A stretch of DNA of 64,000 nt from Podarcis liolepis (Eukaryota). This document shows, piece after piece, positions 12,700 to 25,049 of this stretch. A model generated the notes under the pieces. That model did no database searches, was not told where the DNA came from, and saw only the letters and a list, made by a program, of their open reading frames with translations. Position 1 is the first letter of the stretch, and every line of letters begins with the position of its first letter. Made by a program: the position numbers and the translations under genes. The stretch lies in the NCBI GenBank assembly GCA_965112155.1, contig OZ218102.1; one strand, 5' to 3'.

Positions 12700-13150
12700 T
12701 CGCTTGGAACACCTGTCCTATCCCTAGTTGAAATAATTAATCTCCTCTGAATGTTCAACTGTTTAACAACTTGTATTCCCACCTGATGATATTTCCTTCT
12801 ACTTGTATTTCCATTTTGCATATGTGAAATGACATCAAAAGCCTTGCTAAAATACAATGCCTACTGTTCTAGCCTGATCTAATAGAGCAGATCCCTGCCA
12901 AAAGTCTGCTAGGTTGGCTTTCCCTGTTGTCGTCTTCATAAATCTATGCCAGCTACTAGCAATTACCCTGTTTTCCCATAGGTGCTTAAAACAGATTGAT
13001 TTATAACCCATTCTAATAACTTCCAGGGTATAAAAGTCAGACTAATGGGCCTATAACTCCTCAATTTCTCCTTTCTTGCTTCTTAAATATAGCCATTATA
13101 TATCTGTCCTTCTCCATTCTTCTGAGACATCTTCTTTCTTCCATGAAGAC
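12700..13150 (-). mobile_element. Old CR1 LINE RT fragment
   Basis: Minus-strand relics YRPISLT and YFSKAFD (ORF 12579..12857) match CR1 RT motifs; many disruptions. Confidence 0.7.
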
Positions 13151-13564
13151 TCGAGATAATTGGTACATCCTCATGAGATTTCTTTGGCACGTGATGGTTT
13201 TTCTTTGATGTGTGACTTTCTCCCCTGACCCACATCTGTTTTCTCTCCCTGTGTGTCATATATCTACTTTGAAGAGCACACCAGTTTACAGAGTGTGCAG
13301 TTTAGGCATCAGGTAAGTGGGTTATGAACAAGCAAGTTGGGAAGGAATGGTCCTCAAGTCCTAGACCATTTCCCTACTTGTATATCTACAGTGACAGTCA
13401 GTCATTGGATGGGAATCTAAGGGCTGCTTCATATGTTATACCATGTGTAACAATGGCATTCACTGTAATATGGTAAAAGCATACATAGATGATGTTCTGC
13501 TACCACTCCACAGATGACTCATTTATTTCAGAGCTACATAGTGGGTAGTAACTTTTGCTTAACT

Positions 13565-13671
13565 TTTAACTTTTGCCCAGTAGAAATTAATTGAAATTAA
13601 TGAATGTGACTAAGTTAGGTTCATTAATTTCAATGGGTCTACTCTGAGTAACAGTTAGTTGAAGACTACCC
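13565..13671. mobile_element. Family C palindromic element
   Basis: ttgaaattaatgaa...ttcattaatttcaa inverted core followed by gggtctactctgagtaa. Confidence 0.6.
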
Positions 13672-15082
13672 AATATTTTTCCCCATATTAAATCCAGTTT
13701 TTCTACATGTACATCTGTGCTACATGACCAAATATCTATGGCATAAGAGAGCCTCGTAATACATTTCCACACAGTTTCACACTTTGAAAGTGTTTTTACT
13801 ACTCTGGTTTCCGTTGCTGGGGAGGCCCAGTGTTTGGTCCAGGTACTTCAAAGGGTTTTTTGGTCATATGGTCAGACTCACAGCTAGGAAGTCAGCAGAT
13901 TATGCGACAACAAACTCAATATTTTGCCTCATAAATTTATATATTTTGCTAAGCAGAGGCAGAGGAATTATTGAATACTTAAATAAAAACAAAATAATCA
14001 TTTACATAATTCTTCCATGTATTTTTTAACCATTGGAGAAAAAAAATTATGTTCACCTTACCAGAAAAAACACAACCCTCTCACACAAAGAAAGCAGAAA
14101 AATCTGGAACACATCTTATTTTACAAAGGGGGGGGGGTATGGTGTAATGTCTTTCTATGCCTCCTCCCTTAAGATATGGGGTCTGTGAATTTTTAAAGAA
14201 TCTCATTCACAAAGCCTGGTTTAAATTTTTATTCAGGTGCTAAGTATTCCAGTCAAAATGGAGAATACTAAAGAGTACAAAAATGCCAAAATACATATAC
14301 AATGAACACTTGGCCTCAGTGAGACAACTGAGGCATAACTCCCCTTTAAAGAATGTGTATGGATTTACATAAAAAGAGGAACTGATGCACTCTGGAAACA
14401 CACTCATCAAGTTCTCGTCACACGTACCTAACCCTCTCCAGGGCTGTGGTCCACGAAAACCAGTTTTGCTAGTTTGCAGCAATTGCCAGCTTTTCACAAC
14501 ACAGATTGGCTGCTATCTCCTGACATCACAGATCCCCCACCCTCCCTCCCTCCTTGGAGCATTTTAGCAGATTTCCCACCCCTTCACAAACACCCCCCCC
14601 AAAAAAGGGGGGGTGGCATACATGAACTTTTGATGGTTTAAACATGCAAACTCCCCCCCCCACACACACACACTGGTCATTGCCAGAAGTTGGGGGAAAG
14701 GGCATGACAGATGACTCAGTCCATATTGGATTCAGTCCATATTTGATTCACTGATAAAGCCTTCTGTCAAAAGCACTGCAAATGCAGGCTAGAATCCAGG
14801 CTCACTTTGAGTGAGGAAAGCATGTACTTTATTAAGACATCCTTCAGCTCTGCTTCCACTGCTTCCCTTCTCTCTTTCCCTCTGCCCAGCTGAGTTTATA
14901 TGCATACTGCCATCTCAAAAGGTGGGATATAAATGTAAATACTGCAACAACTACTATTACTACTAATAGTAGTAGTAGTAGCAGCAGCAGCAGTATAATT
15001 TAGAGACCAGAAAGCTGGAGAGAAAGGGCCACATAGCCTTCAGTGTAAGAGAAGGAAATATAATTATGAGGTTTTAGCTTAA

Positions 15083-15417
15083 TTATGAATTATGGTGCTG
15101 GAGGAGACTCTTGGACTGCAAGAGTCCATGGACTGCAAGAAGATCAAACCTATCCATTCTTAAGGAAATCTGCCCTGAGTGCTCACTGGAAGGACAGATC
15201 GTGAAGCTGAGACTCCTATACTTTGGCCACCTCATGAGAAGAGAAGACTCCCTGGAAAAGACCCTGATGTTGGGAAAGAGGGAGGGCACAGGGAGAAGGG
15301 GACGACGGAGGATGAGTCTGACCAAACTGTGGGAGGCAGTGGAAGACAGGAGTGCCTGGCATGCTCTGGTCCATGGGGTCATGAAGAGTCGGACACGACT
15401 AAATGACTAAACAACAA
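15083..15417 (+). mobile_element. BovB (RTE-clade) LINE, 5'-truncated 3' end
   Basis: ORF 15111..15410 (PWTARRSNLSILKEI..LLYFGHLMRREDSLEKTLMLGK) is the RTE/BovB C-terminus; 3' end gagtcggacacgactaaatgactaaacaacaa; TSD AGCTTAA at 15076-15082 and 15418-15424. Confidence 0.93.
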
Positions 15418-16131
15418 AGCTTAAAAGCAACAGTTTCAGAGAAAACTAGTATCCTCTATCTTGGATTCACACCTAGGAAGGCTGCACACCGTGAAAGAGT
15501 GACACCAGTTTCCTATATACAAGGATGCCAGAAGGCACCATTGCACTTCTAAGAAGGGAAATAATTTTTTATCTGATATTTCTGGAGAGGAAAATATAAC
15601 ATCACATTCTACTTACCAAATATCATCCATCGTTTAGGAACGATGGGACTGAACCTAGGCTGAGGTCATCTCAGTCTCCCCGCTAACAACTCCGCTGATT
15701 CTTTGGGAACTCTGAGAAATGCTACGACTCCTGACCCTCCACCCCACAAAGTAGGGAACAGATACAGACTGTTCTGAGCAGCTCTGGTTCCCTGAATAGC
15801 CTAATTAACACTTCATCAAGTGGGGCTGGCTGTCCCATCTGTGGAAATTCCCTTGCACCTGACCCCATGTCCGTCTCCGATTCTTCTCTCTGCCCTGCAG
15901 GCAGCCAACCAGCTCAGTAGTACTAAAGGAACAAAATACACCGAGTTCCCAAAGCATCTCTCCTTCCCCAAACGCAGCAAGATTTCAGGTACAATATTGT
16001 GTTAGTATTCATTTCAGGGAAACCTGATTCACAATTCTGTCTGGGCAGACACAGGGAATCAGTTTGCTTTTAACATGTAGATAGTTGGTCTTTTAAAGAA
16101 AAAGAAAAAACCCAAGGGTTGACAGTCCAAG

Positions 16132-16325
16132 ACCACATTCACACTGGACGTTTAAAGCACTATGATATCACTTGAAACAGACATGGCTTCTGCCAGAGAA
16201 TTCTGGGAGCTGTAGTTGGTTTAGGGTGCTGAGAACCATTAGGAGACCACTAATCCTCTCACAGAGCTATAATTGCCCATAGTTCCCTGGGAAGAGCAAT
16301 TGGATGTGATAACACTCTGAGGGAA
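16132..16325. mobile_element. Dispersed non-autonomous DNA element fragment (family also at about 56213-56385)
   Basis: Shared motifs (c)acact..ac(g/a)tttaaagca and agaat(t/c)ctggga.ctgt...ggtgctga. Confidence 0.55.
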
Positions 16326-16556
16326 AGGGCAAGCCATATGACTAAATAGTACTTTCCTGCTCCACAGTAGAGAGGACAGTGGCACAATTCCACACAAAGT
16401 TAGAGAAATCAACAGCAAGTCTTAAAAGTGATGAAAGGGCAACAGGGAAAATACTAGAGTGCCACAATTCAGCAGTGGCATCACCCGTATTTTCTATAAT
16501 AAATGAGTGAATGCATAAATTATGCCAGATCCAGAGAAAACGGCCACTGTGTAGAA

Positions 16557-16600
16557 TGGCCATAGCTCAGTGGCAGAACATGTGCCTTATATGGAGAGTG
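16557..16600 (+). mobile_element. tRNA-derived SINE head fragment (Squam3-like)
   Basis: ggccatagctcagtggcagaacat is a Pol III A-box SINE head; truncated. Confidence 0.55.
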
Positions 16601-16609
16601 TCCATATAA

Positions 16610-16995
16610 TCAATTTTCATTTTTTCAACCTTAAATTCAGTTCTCCACATTTTGCAGGAAATTGTGATATTTTTTTATTAAAAAAAAACTTCTCATGAAA
16701 ATTCATCAGCATCTTAGTGCAAATTTCTCCTAATAAATACATTTTGATATTCAGTTTTGACTAATGCACACATTTTGCAATCTTCCCCACCGTAATGCAT
16801 TTCTGTACATTGTTTTTGCTAATAATTTCATGTTTATGCACACTTTACCCTAATATATGCATTATTTAGTTGGAGAACTTGCATCAAAAAATTCAGATGA
16901 GTGTTATGTTTCCGTTTGCATGTTGTTTCAGAAAGTGCAAATTTGACAAATTCACTCTTAAATGAAAACTGCAACAAATTTCTCCTTTAACCCAG
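16610..16995. mobile_element. AT-rich dispersed non-autonomous element (family D)
   Basis: Shares tcatgaaaattcatcagcat, ttctcctaat, tttatgcacacttt and cagaaagtgcaaat with 49655-50210. Fragments also at about 30515-30650 (inverted) and 32490-32730. Confidence 0.7.
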
Positions 16996-17289
16996 CCTCA
17001 GAGTAAGCGTGGATAGGATCACACGTTAACCAATTTTAAAATTTTCACCATACTCTCTCCACATACATGTCTTTAAAGCTAAATAAACCCAGTTCCTTTG
17101 GTCTTTCCTCGTGGGATTTGCCTTCTAGCCTATTTGCCATCTTTGTAGGTTGCCCAGAAATGTTTCCAATTTGTTCATCAGCTTTGCTACCTAGAAGATG
17201 TGGCAGCATGCTTTCTTCCTCAGCGTTACAGCTAATGCTGCTGCCAATGTTACATTATTTTGCTGTAACTCCACATATGCCCCCTTTCT

Positions 17290-18050
17290 ATTTTTACGTA
17301 TTTAACAAAATTTATATACTGCTTGATTATTATTTTTTAAAAAAAAACCTCTTAGCAGAGGCAGAAAATATAGCATTATATATATTATCAATAAAAACAA
17401 TTTAAGCCAGGTATTTAATAATATTTTAAAAATTATTTAAATCAACAGTAGCTAAAATGAAATCAAGCATGTGTAACTTTAGGCCTGCCTAAACAAAAAT
17501 GTTTAAAACAAAAGCAGAAAATAGTACAGCAAAGATGTCTGCCTGGTGTCAATAGACAGGGAATTCCAAAATGTATGCTGACTTGTGTGGAATGAGTCTT
17601 ATGTGGCATCTGCAACAGTGCTAGTTCTGCAGATCAAACTGGTCAAAAGGGCTTATATGGGGTAAGGCAGACCCTTAAGTAAAGTGGTCCCGAGCTGCTA
17701 ATGGTTTTATATATTAACAATATACTAATGATATACTATTATATACTAATGGTAACATCTTGAACTTGGACCAATAGCAAATGGGCAACTTGTGCAGATA
17801 TCTGAGCAGAGGTGTTATATATTGACAGGGTATCACTCCTCTCAGCAACTGTGCTGCAGCATTCTGCACTAACTGTAGCTTCTGTAGAAAGGGAAGCCCC
17901 ACAAAGAGTGCATTGCAGTAATCCAATATTGAAGCTGAACTAATGTGATCAAGCTCTGCTGGTCCAGAAATGATTGTAGCTGTGTCACCAGACACAGCTG
18001 GTAAAAAGTGCTTCTAGCCACTGAGGTTACCTGGGGCTCCAGTGACAGGG
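17290..18050 (-). mobile_element. Older L2 LINE 3' portion, frameshifted
   Basis: ORFs 17714..17995 and 17869..18111 give LDYCNALFVGLP..KLQLVQNAAA and VTSVARSTFYQL, homologous to the L2 ORF at 51661-52578. Confidence 0.85.
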
Positions 18051-18837
18051 ATATGATATTTGCACACCTGAGTCTTCTTTGTTTGCATTTTACTTGGTCA
18101 GTTTTCACCATGTTGCTGTGTGCTAAGCTCTGAGGTTTATTAAGATTGTTTCTGGGATGTTTGCCAGTTGTCCCAGTTTTGTATCAAAGGCTGGTACAGA
18201 AGCAATGGCCAATCTGTGCAATGTCCTCCTTCTCATACAAGTCATGGTTGCTCAAGGCTTCTTCCTCTTTAGATGGAATAAGAGTCTATATAGCAACTGT
18301 TAATAAGGAAAAGTTTGGGTGTTTGAAAGGGACAGCCAATGAAAACTTCTGCCAATGCCTTAAGAATTTGGCAGGAAAGTGGTGAAATAGTACTGGAACA
18401 TAGGGAAGGGAAGTGGCAAAGGAGATCTTATAGGAGGGTCAACAATGAGGCATGGACACTTTGCTTTGATTGTCCTGACAATTTTACCAACTTAAGTCTA
18501 AAATGTCATGGAATACTCCAGGGACCTTCAAATGCCAGAACCTGGTCTGCCTAGCACCCTGGCACTCTGGACAGCTAGAAATCAAGGGCACATACTGTCA
18601 GTTTAGCTAGTATACTGCTTCATATGACACAAAGAGCAACTACTGTGCCTTCCATGGATGTATGCCCGGGGTAAGCATGGATTTTTCTATTACTGCACCA
18701 TCATGAGCAAAGAGGCCACCTCTGAAGAGCTTTTCATTGCTGTGCAGTGATTAAACCTGAGAGATGGGTTTGATGTCTCTGGTATGAGAAAGATTTCATA
18801 GGTCCCTGCATTGTTGGCCATGAATCAAATCACTCAC

Positions 18838-19009
18838 CCATCCAGAAGGGCCACAACGTTCTTCCTAGGCCTCCCAATGTTGGGCCCATACAGGCTGGCT
18901 CTGGAGTAGGTGCGGATCAGCTGCAACAGGCTCTTCAGCTGCATGTAGTCTTTGCCCAACTGAGTACCATTTACTGCTCGCCCTGTCAGGGTGCGGTAGT
19001 TATTTGGTT
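18838..19009 (-). CDS. HPSE2: Heparanase-2 coding exon, equivalent to human exon 5
   Basis: Acceptor tttgcttccag, donor GG|gtgagt, 172 nt. Translates to EPNNYRTLTGRAVNGTQLGKDYMQLKSLLQLIRTYSRASLYGPNIGRPRKNVVALLDG, visible inside ORF 18834..19109. Confidence 0.97.
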
Positions 19010-19529
19010 CTGGAAGCAAACAGAAACAAGCATTTACCAACTCTGACCCAACTGCTCTGAAGATGGTGCCCAGTAGAAGCCATGAGTGAGAAGGTGGAGT
19101 CACTGCCACTTATCAGGAAAGAGGGAGGGGAGTTTGGCACTGTGTGGGTACATTGGCAGAGAAAACCCAGTGATCTCACTGATGCACCTACATGGTGTTG
19201 ACCTTCCTGCCGCCTCTCCCCTCTCCCTGCCTGGAGACCCTATGCAGAAAGGACTGGTGAAGATGACTCTATATAGCTCATTACAGTGCAAACATATGCA
19301 CACTTACCTCAGAATAAATGATATTCAACATAGTTGGACTCCTGGAGAGACATTTTAGGATTGCAGTATTTGTCCTCTATTTTTACTGAGAACTTTCAAA
19401 TCTTCTTTCTCACAAAAGCTCCTTCCTTCCCTGTACCATCAAGATAGCAATCTCTTTTTTGCTTGCAGATTCCTATGGCTATCAATTGCAGTGAGCACCC
19501 CCAGCAGCAGTGTTCCACTTCTGTCATTC

Positions 19530-19728
19530 AACAACTACTAGCTATGATGGCTATGTTCTATCTCCACTGTTGGAGACATTATGGCGCTGAATACCTGTTG
19601 CTGGGAATAGCAAGTGGGCACGCTGCTGTTGCCTTCATTTCCAGCTTGCAGGCCTCCCACAGGCATACTGTGAGAGTAGGATGCTAGATTAGATGGGCCA
19701 TTGGGCTGATCCATTGGGCTGTTCTTAA
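19530..19728 (+). mobile_element. CR1-type 3' tail fragment within HPSE2 intron 4
   Basis: Ends ggatgctagattagatgggccattgggctgatcc..gggctgttctta, typical of squamate CR1 3' ends. Similar fragments at about 33830-33975 and 41872-41985. Confidence 0.6.
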
Positions 19729-19830
19729 GAATTCTTCCTAACCTAGAAGGTAACCCCAGTGCTTATTTTCTCTCCAACCTCCTCCCCATCCACCTCCTTC
19801 TCCAAATCCCCCTCTCCAAACCTCACTCAC

Positions 19831-20004
19831 CATTGCCCAACTCCCAGGAGATGTTGTACTTCTTGCTGGCACTGTACTTCAGCAAGCTGAGGGCATTGGA
19901 GCTGTTCCAGGAATTGTTGGGGTTCCGGCGCAGTGCGTTCAATGCAAAGATGAGGTGGAGGCCAGAACAGTCAGCAAAATTATAGAGTTTGTCTAGAGAC
20001 CTGG
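19831..20004 (-). CDS. HPSE2: Heparanase-2 (inactive GH79 family) internal coding exon, equivalent to human exon 4
   Basis: Minus strand: acceptor ttttgtttcttcccag, donor G|gtgagt, 174 nt, phase 1-1. Translates to (A)[57 protein letters not shown], recognisable as HPSE2. Confidence 0.97.
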
Positions 20005-20150
20005 CTGGGAAGAAACAAAACCAGCCTGAAACTCAAGTGCAAAGAACTCCAAGGTCCAGAGAGTAACCCCCATAGTTGCTGAAGTTCTTTGTCCTAGGGA
20101 ACTCAGAAAAGGGTAGTAACAAAATGGTCCAGATGGTGGGTTCATTATGC

Positions 20151-20287
20151 CAGTCTTCCCCAACCTGATTCCCTCCAGATGTTTTGGAAACCCAATTCCC
20201 TTCAGTCCCAGCCTATCTGGCCAATGGTCAGGGATGATGAGACCTCTCATCTAAAATATCTGGAAGACCCCAGGTTGGGGAAGGCTA
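20151..20287. mobile_element. Family A hAT MITE, about 150 bp upstream (transcript sense) of the exon 4 acceptor
   Basis: cttccccaacctg / caggttggggaag terminal inverted repeat; degenerate TSD cattatgc / cagtgtgc. Confidence 0.8.
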
Positions 20288-23200
20288 CAGTGTGCTATCA
20301 ATGGCCAGCAGCTGTTATTTATTTATATTTATTTTTAAATTTTATTTTATTACCCAGTAGCAAAAGAGGATCCACTCCATCATTTCCCAGGTTAGTTCTC
20401 CTATTGTGAGGATATCACTCCCCCCCCCCAGCATTCAGATTACCCCCATCTCACTAACATGCCCAAACTTGTCTAGTTACAAGGAGTATCATACTAGATA
20501 TTAGACGTGTGTGGGGATTTGGCTGTGTGAGAAAGCCCTTTATCGCTTTCTGTGGCTTCCTGGAGGCTGTCTCCAAGGTGGCTTGTGGTTTACAGAATGA
20601 CACCAGACATCTCCAAGTGGCTCCTTTCTGTGCAGTCTGCTTTCCTTGGAAGCTCTGACCCAGTTTAATGAGGTTATACATCTGCAGCCGCTTCTGAGAA
20701 TCGTTTTTTTACAGACAGGTCTCCGAAGAGCAGTTATACCTTATTATTCATTTTTACAGCCTGGACTATCTTCTTGAAGAAGGAGAACAGTTACAAAGGA
20801 ATAGTTTTATATTAAACTAAAAAGCAATTGGGGGAAAGAAATAGCTTTCGGCCTTGGAATTGGATGGCTTTTACTATCAGGAATGGGCTCCAAGCTGCAG
20901 GCAGGCCTACAGGAAGCAAGGCACTGTTGCGACCTCTTGGGAGCTTTGCTCTATGGTTCAACTTCCAAAGCATGTTAACAATCATTTACTTGTTTCTTCT
21001 CATAACAATTCTAGGGGATAAGTCACGATTATTCCCATGTTATTGGTGAAGAGCTGAGGCTAAAAGACGGTGACTCGCCTATGGCCTCGTGATGGCAGAC
21101 AAGGGCCTACTAGATGTAAATTCAGTGCTAGAGCCACTGGAACATAAACAAATATGGAAGAGGCCTTCATTCAAGCCAATCTACACCAGTAATTCTCCTT
21201 CCCTCTCCAAACTATTTATTCGAGCAAGGAAATAGATGTGCATATAAACCATTATTGGGTGACATTTGCAGATAGCTGAAGAACAGAACTTAAATGTGCA
21301 TCTCTGGAGGGAGGGGAGGAGGGAATTAGCATTAGAAACAGCTCCAAGATGTCATTGCATACTGTAAATGAGGCCTGTGCACAGCAGGCAAGGAGGTGGG
21401 AATCTCTGAGGTGAAAGGTCGGGGATGCTAAATAGGCCCATACGGCTGGCGGTTTGTTCTTTATGGGGCCAAAGGCTGGGTCACCCCCCTGGGGGAATCT
21501 GCTGTCTCTCAGGTCTCAGTCACTCCCTGTTACATTGGGCTCCATTCTGTCCGGGTCACGCATTTTCTAGGGGAACCCGTGCTTTCACGAGTATCTTGGG
21601 GCCTGCAGCGTGCATGTGTTTGTGTGTTAGCGCTGTCTGAGCCAGCTCCAGGTTTTGATGGAAAATCCTGAGGAGATTTTTCCCAGCCAATTACATTATT
21701 GTTCTCGGAGAGCTCCATGTTTTCTGTGGTGAGGTGTGGGAGTAGGGAGGAGAGATGCTGCGAGCTTTAAGTGGAATCAGGTGTTGTTTCCCTGCAGGGA
21801 AGTCTGGTAAATGTCAGAGTCCTTGGAGTAACAGGTACTGGCAGATGAGCCCAGCACTTCCCACACAGAACAGCCTCCTTCCTCTCGGAATCCTGCATCC
21901 TGCCCTTTGTCCTTGGAACGGAGGTCCATAGCTACGTCAGATAGACCAGCCGCGTTCTGGGAAGCTGGCACCCACTGGCAGCAGCAGGCGTAAGGATGAG
22001 GCAATGTTTTTGAGACAAAAAAGGTGGGACCCAGATGTCACCCAGAGTGCTAAACATCCTAGCAGCAACTACATCTCTGATGGGCCAAGCCCCACCTGCT
22101 TGGGGCCAGGAATCACGTTCAGGGCTCAGAGGATCCCACCTGTGAGTGCGCAGGTGCCAGGGGAGCATGTGTTGCCATGGCGATCACTATTGTGTTTCTT
22201 AAGTAAGAAGTAGTGAAGGAAAGCAGGAGGGAGATGCAGAGAGAAGCCGCGAGTTTCCAGCACAGAGAGCTGCTCTCCTCCTCCCACTCCTCCTTTCCTG
22301 TGCTGCTGCTGATGTAATACAACAAATTTATCTGGCTCAGTGCAAGCTGCAGGGCCATTCTTTGCCCTTGAATGTAATGAATTTCTTTCCTGAAGGCAGG
22401 GACCAGCGCTTGCTAGAAAACAGTTGCTCGCTAGAGGGTCTGACAGAACTGCCCCTCTTTTTTCTTCTGTCTCTGGGGTTTGGGCCTGGATGTTTGCCAG
22501 GTCTTCAGTAGCTGCACCTTGTCTTAGGGCTTCAAAACATTTAGAAGGTACAGCTACGGTCTTCAGGGAATACTCAGCAACTTTATACCTTGAGCTGTCA
22601 ACTGATCAAAAGAAAACATTATTGCTTGTTTGGGCACTCTTTACACCAACTTGACCTGCAGAAATGAGCAACTGATAATGTTTATCTCCTGCCAGTTCCT
22701 GCATAGCAAGCTGCTCTTAAAAGCTGGTTCAACAGTTGGCAACCCTGTTAATATCAAACCCCGGTTTCTGTTTGGTTAGGTTTCAGGCACAGCTTACAGC
22801 CCAGTAGTATTAAAAGCAGCACTGCATAAAAGAGAAAAAAATATTGCACCTGCCAGAGGGCTTCTCCTGTCCATGTCATGCAGTGATAGGAAACAGGATG
22901 CCAGGACCTGGGCCCAGCAACCCTAATGGCCGCTGTTGGTTGCTTAGAGCTTGCATCTTGCTCCAGGATATGGATTTTACTCATGACTACTATTTTTGAT
23001 ATACCATAATGAATGCAGAAAAGCGGGCAAAGTACCAGCAGAAATAGAGGAAACACTATGTTCTCAATTACCAGGGCTTAAATTAAACTGCTAAATTGTT
23101 TTTTTCCATCTCGCTCAGGATGGGGCTATTTTGCAAAAGTTCAAGACACTGTTTTTTTCCAGTCTTTCAACTGAAGAAACATGTTGTCCATGGAAATTTA

Positions 23201-24199
23201 AGAGAGAAGCCACTTGTTGCCACTTGTTAAAGACATGAGTGATGCGTCATGAGATTTCACACACTTATAGAATGGGAAGACCTGGACGAAGATACCTGCC
23301 CATTTCTAGGGTTTCCCACTCATAAAGCCACCGACCTTTTTACAGCTCATGCATAGAGCAGCCTGATTCAAAACTGCTCAGGGCTCCTGTACCTTTAAGA
23401 GTTGTGGGGAAGATGGAATTCCAGAGGAAATTTTCAAATGCTAGGTGCATCTGCTCAAATTCCCCTTTCTACACAACTATTAAATGTGCAAAAGCCCTTT
23501 TCCCTTTTGTATCTGGTCCTACTCCAGCATGTTGTTAAGAGCAGTCTGCCATGCAAAATGAAGCATTTGTGGAATGAAAATATAGTGATAATTCCTGCTT
23601 GTCAGGTTGTTTTTAAGTGAACAGGGAAAGGGACAGTTAAGAAGAAGAAGATTGTCAACTCTAAAAAAATACTATTTATTCTTCCAAGCCAGAAACAATT
23701 CATTTGGTTTGAGTGCAGGAGATAATTCACATTGTAAAAGAACAACAAGACTTAATACACTGTAATTTAATTTATGTAGCCAGCCAGCCAGCTGCCCACA
23801 CATTGCGTTCACATGCCAGTATGCCATCAGATCTATAAAAGTGAATGCAAACAAAAATAAAACCCAAGAACAATCTAATGAAAGCCATAACAGAAATGCC
23901 AGGCGCTGAAAACAGGGACAAAAAACATATTTCTCTCCAGTGCAAAGAGATAATGGTGTTCACTTAAGAGATTTTTCCTGAAACCCTCTTGTACCTTTAA
24001 TGTTTAATAACAGCTTAAGCTTTAGCATGCTAGGGAAAACTGCCCCTCTTGTATTTCTGCCTGTCATGCAGCTATTGAAGTCACTGGAACTGTACAGTCA
24101 CCTGCTCCTGGTAAAAAAACAGCTCCAGAAGAGCTTTCCTTGTCAAGCCATGAGGGGCTTGGAAACCTCAAGTGCAAATCCAGAAGAGCTAGACATAAT

Positions 24200-24422
24200 G
24201 AGCAGTATTCAACAAAATAATTGTACTTGCATAAAGATTAGTGCTAGCACAATGGGACTCCCCACACCCTTTCCTCCCCTCACACATACCAGAGGGTTGT
24301 GGGGAAACCCAGAACAGATTTGGGGGAGGCATGCAGGAGAGATGGGAGGAGCGTTCCGCTGTTTAAGTAGAAATCCTTGCACTTATGGAACAATTTGCTT
24401 AGCACTATGTTGAATACAGCCC
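24200..24422. mobile_element. MITE with TIR gc(a/t)gtattcaaca
   Basis: gcagtattcaaca at the left end and tgttgaatacagc at the right end. Confidence 0.5.
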
Positions 24423-25049
24423 AATGTTACCGAACCAACCAACAATCTGATGCTAGACAAAGAAACCTGTCACTAACCTATGGATCACTCAAGCCACAGG
24501 CCTCCATCCCCTCCTATGTTGTGACTTAGAGACTTACCTTGAATTGTACGCCCACTTGGAGTTGTTGTGTTTGCTCTCCCAACCCTCTTTTCTCCTGTTA
24601 CATACATATTTGTTCTGTTCTTTTAAGCAGCCCAATGGTTTTCTCCAAACCTTCTGTTAGGAAATGTGGTGGGCTGGTGGGATGGAGGCAATGTGCATTA
24701 TGTTGGGGAGCAGGCATTTTGTTTCCTCCTCAACCATCCCACTACTATTTGAAGGGGTTGCTGCTAGGAAACATGGTGTTACACTATAAATGGACTGCAA
24801 AATAAATAAACATGTAGCTTTTCTCAATAGAGAACACAAACAGAATCTGTGTCATTCTTAGACATTTTCTTCAAAATGTGCATCACCTCCAGTAGTAGCC
24901 ACCTGCTACTCAAGATGTTGCATCTGTTCATTCATTCTTGACCCTTGGCGAATGTTGCTTAGGGTACATGATGTGATCATGTTTTTCTCTGAAACCGCAA
25001 GGGCTAGAAACATTGCTTTAAATCAGGGTTGCAACAAGTATCTTGATTG

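Noticed and set aside
14591-14615. CACCCCCCC-caaaaaa-GGGGGGGTG hairpin
   Set aside because: Low-complexity homopolymer juxtaposition; similar C and G runs are common in this window.
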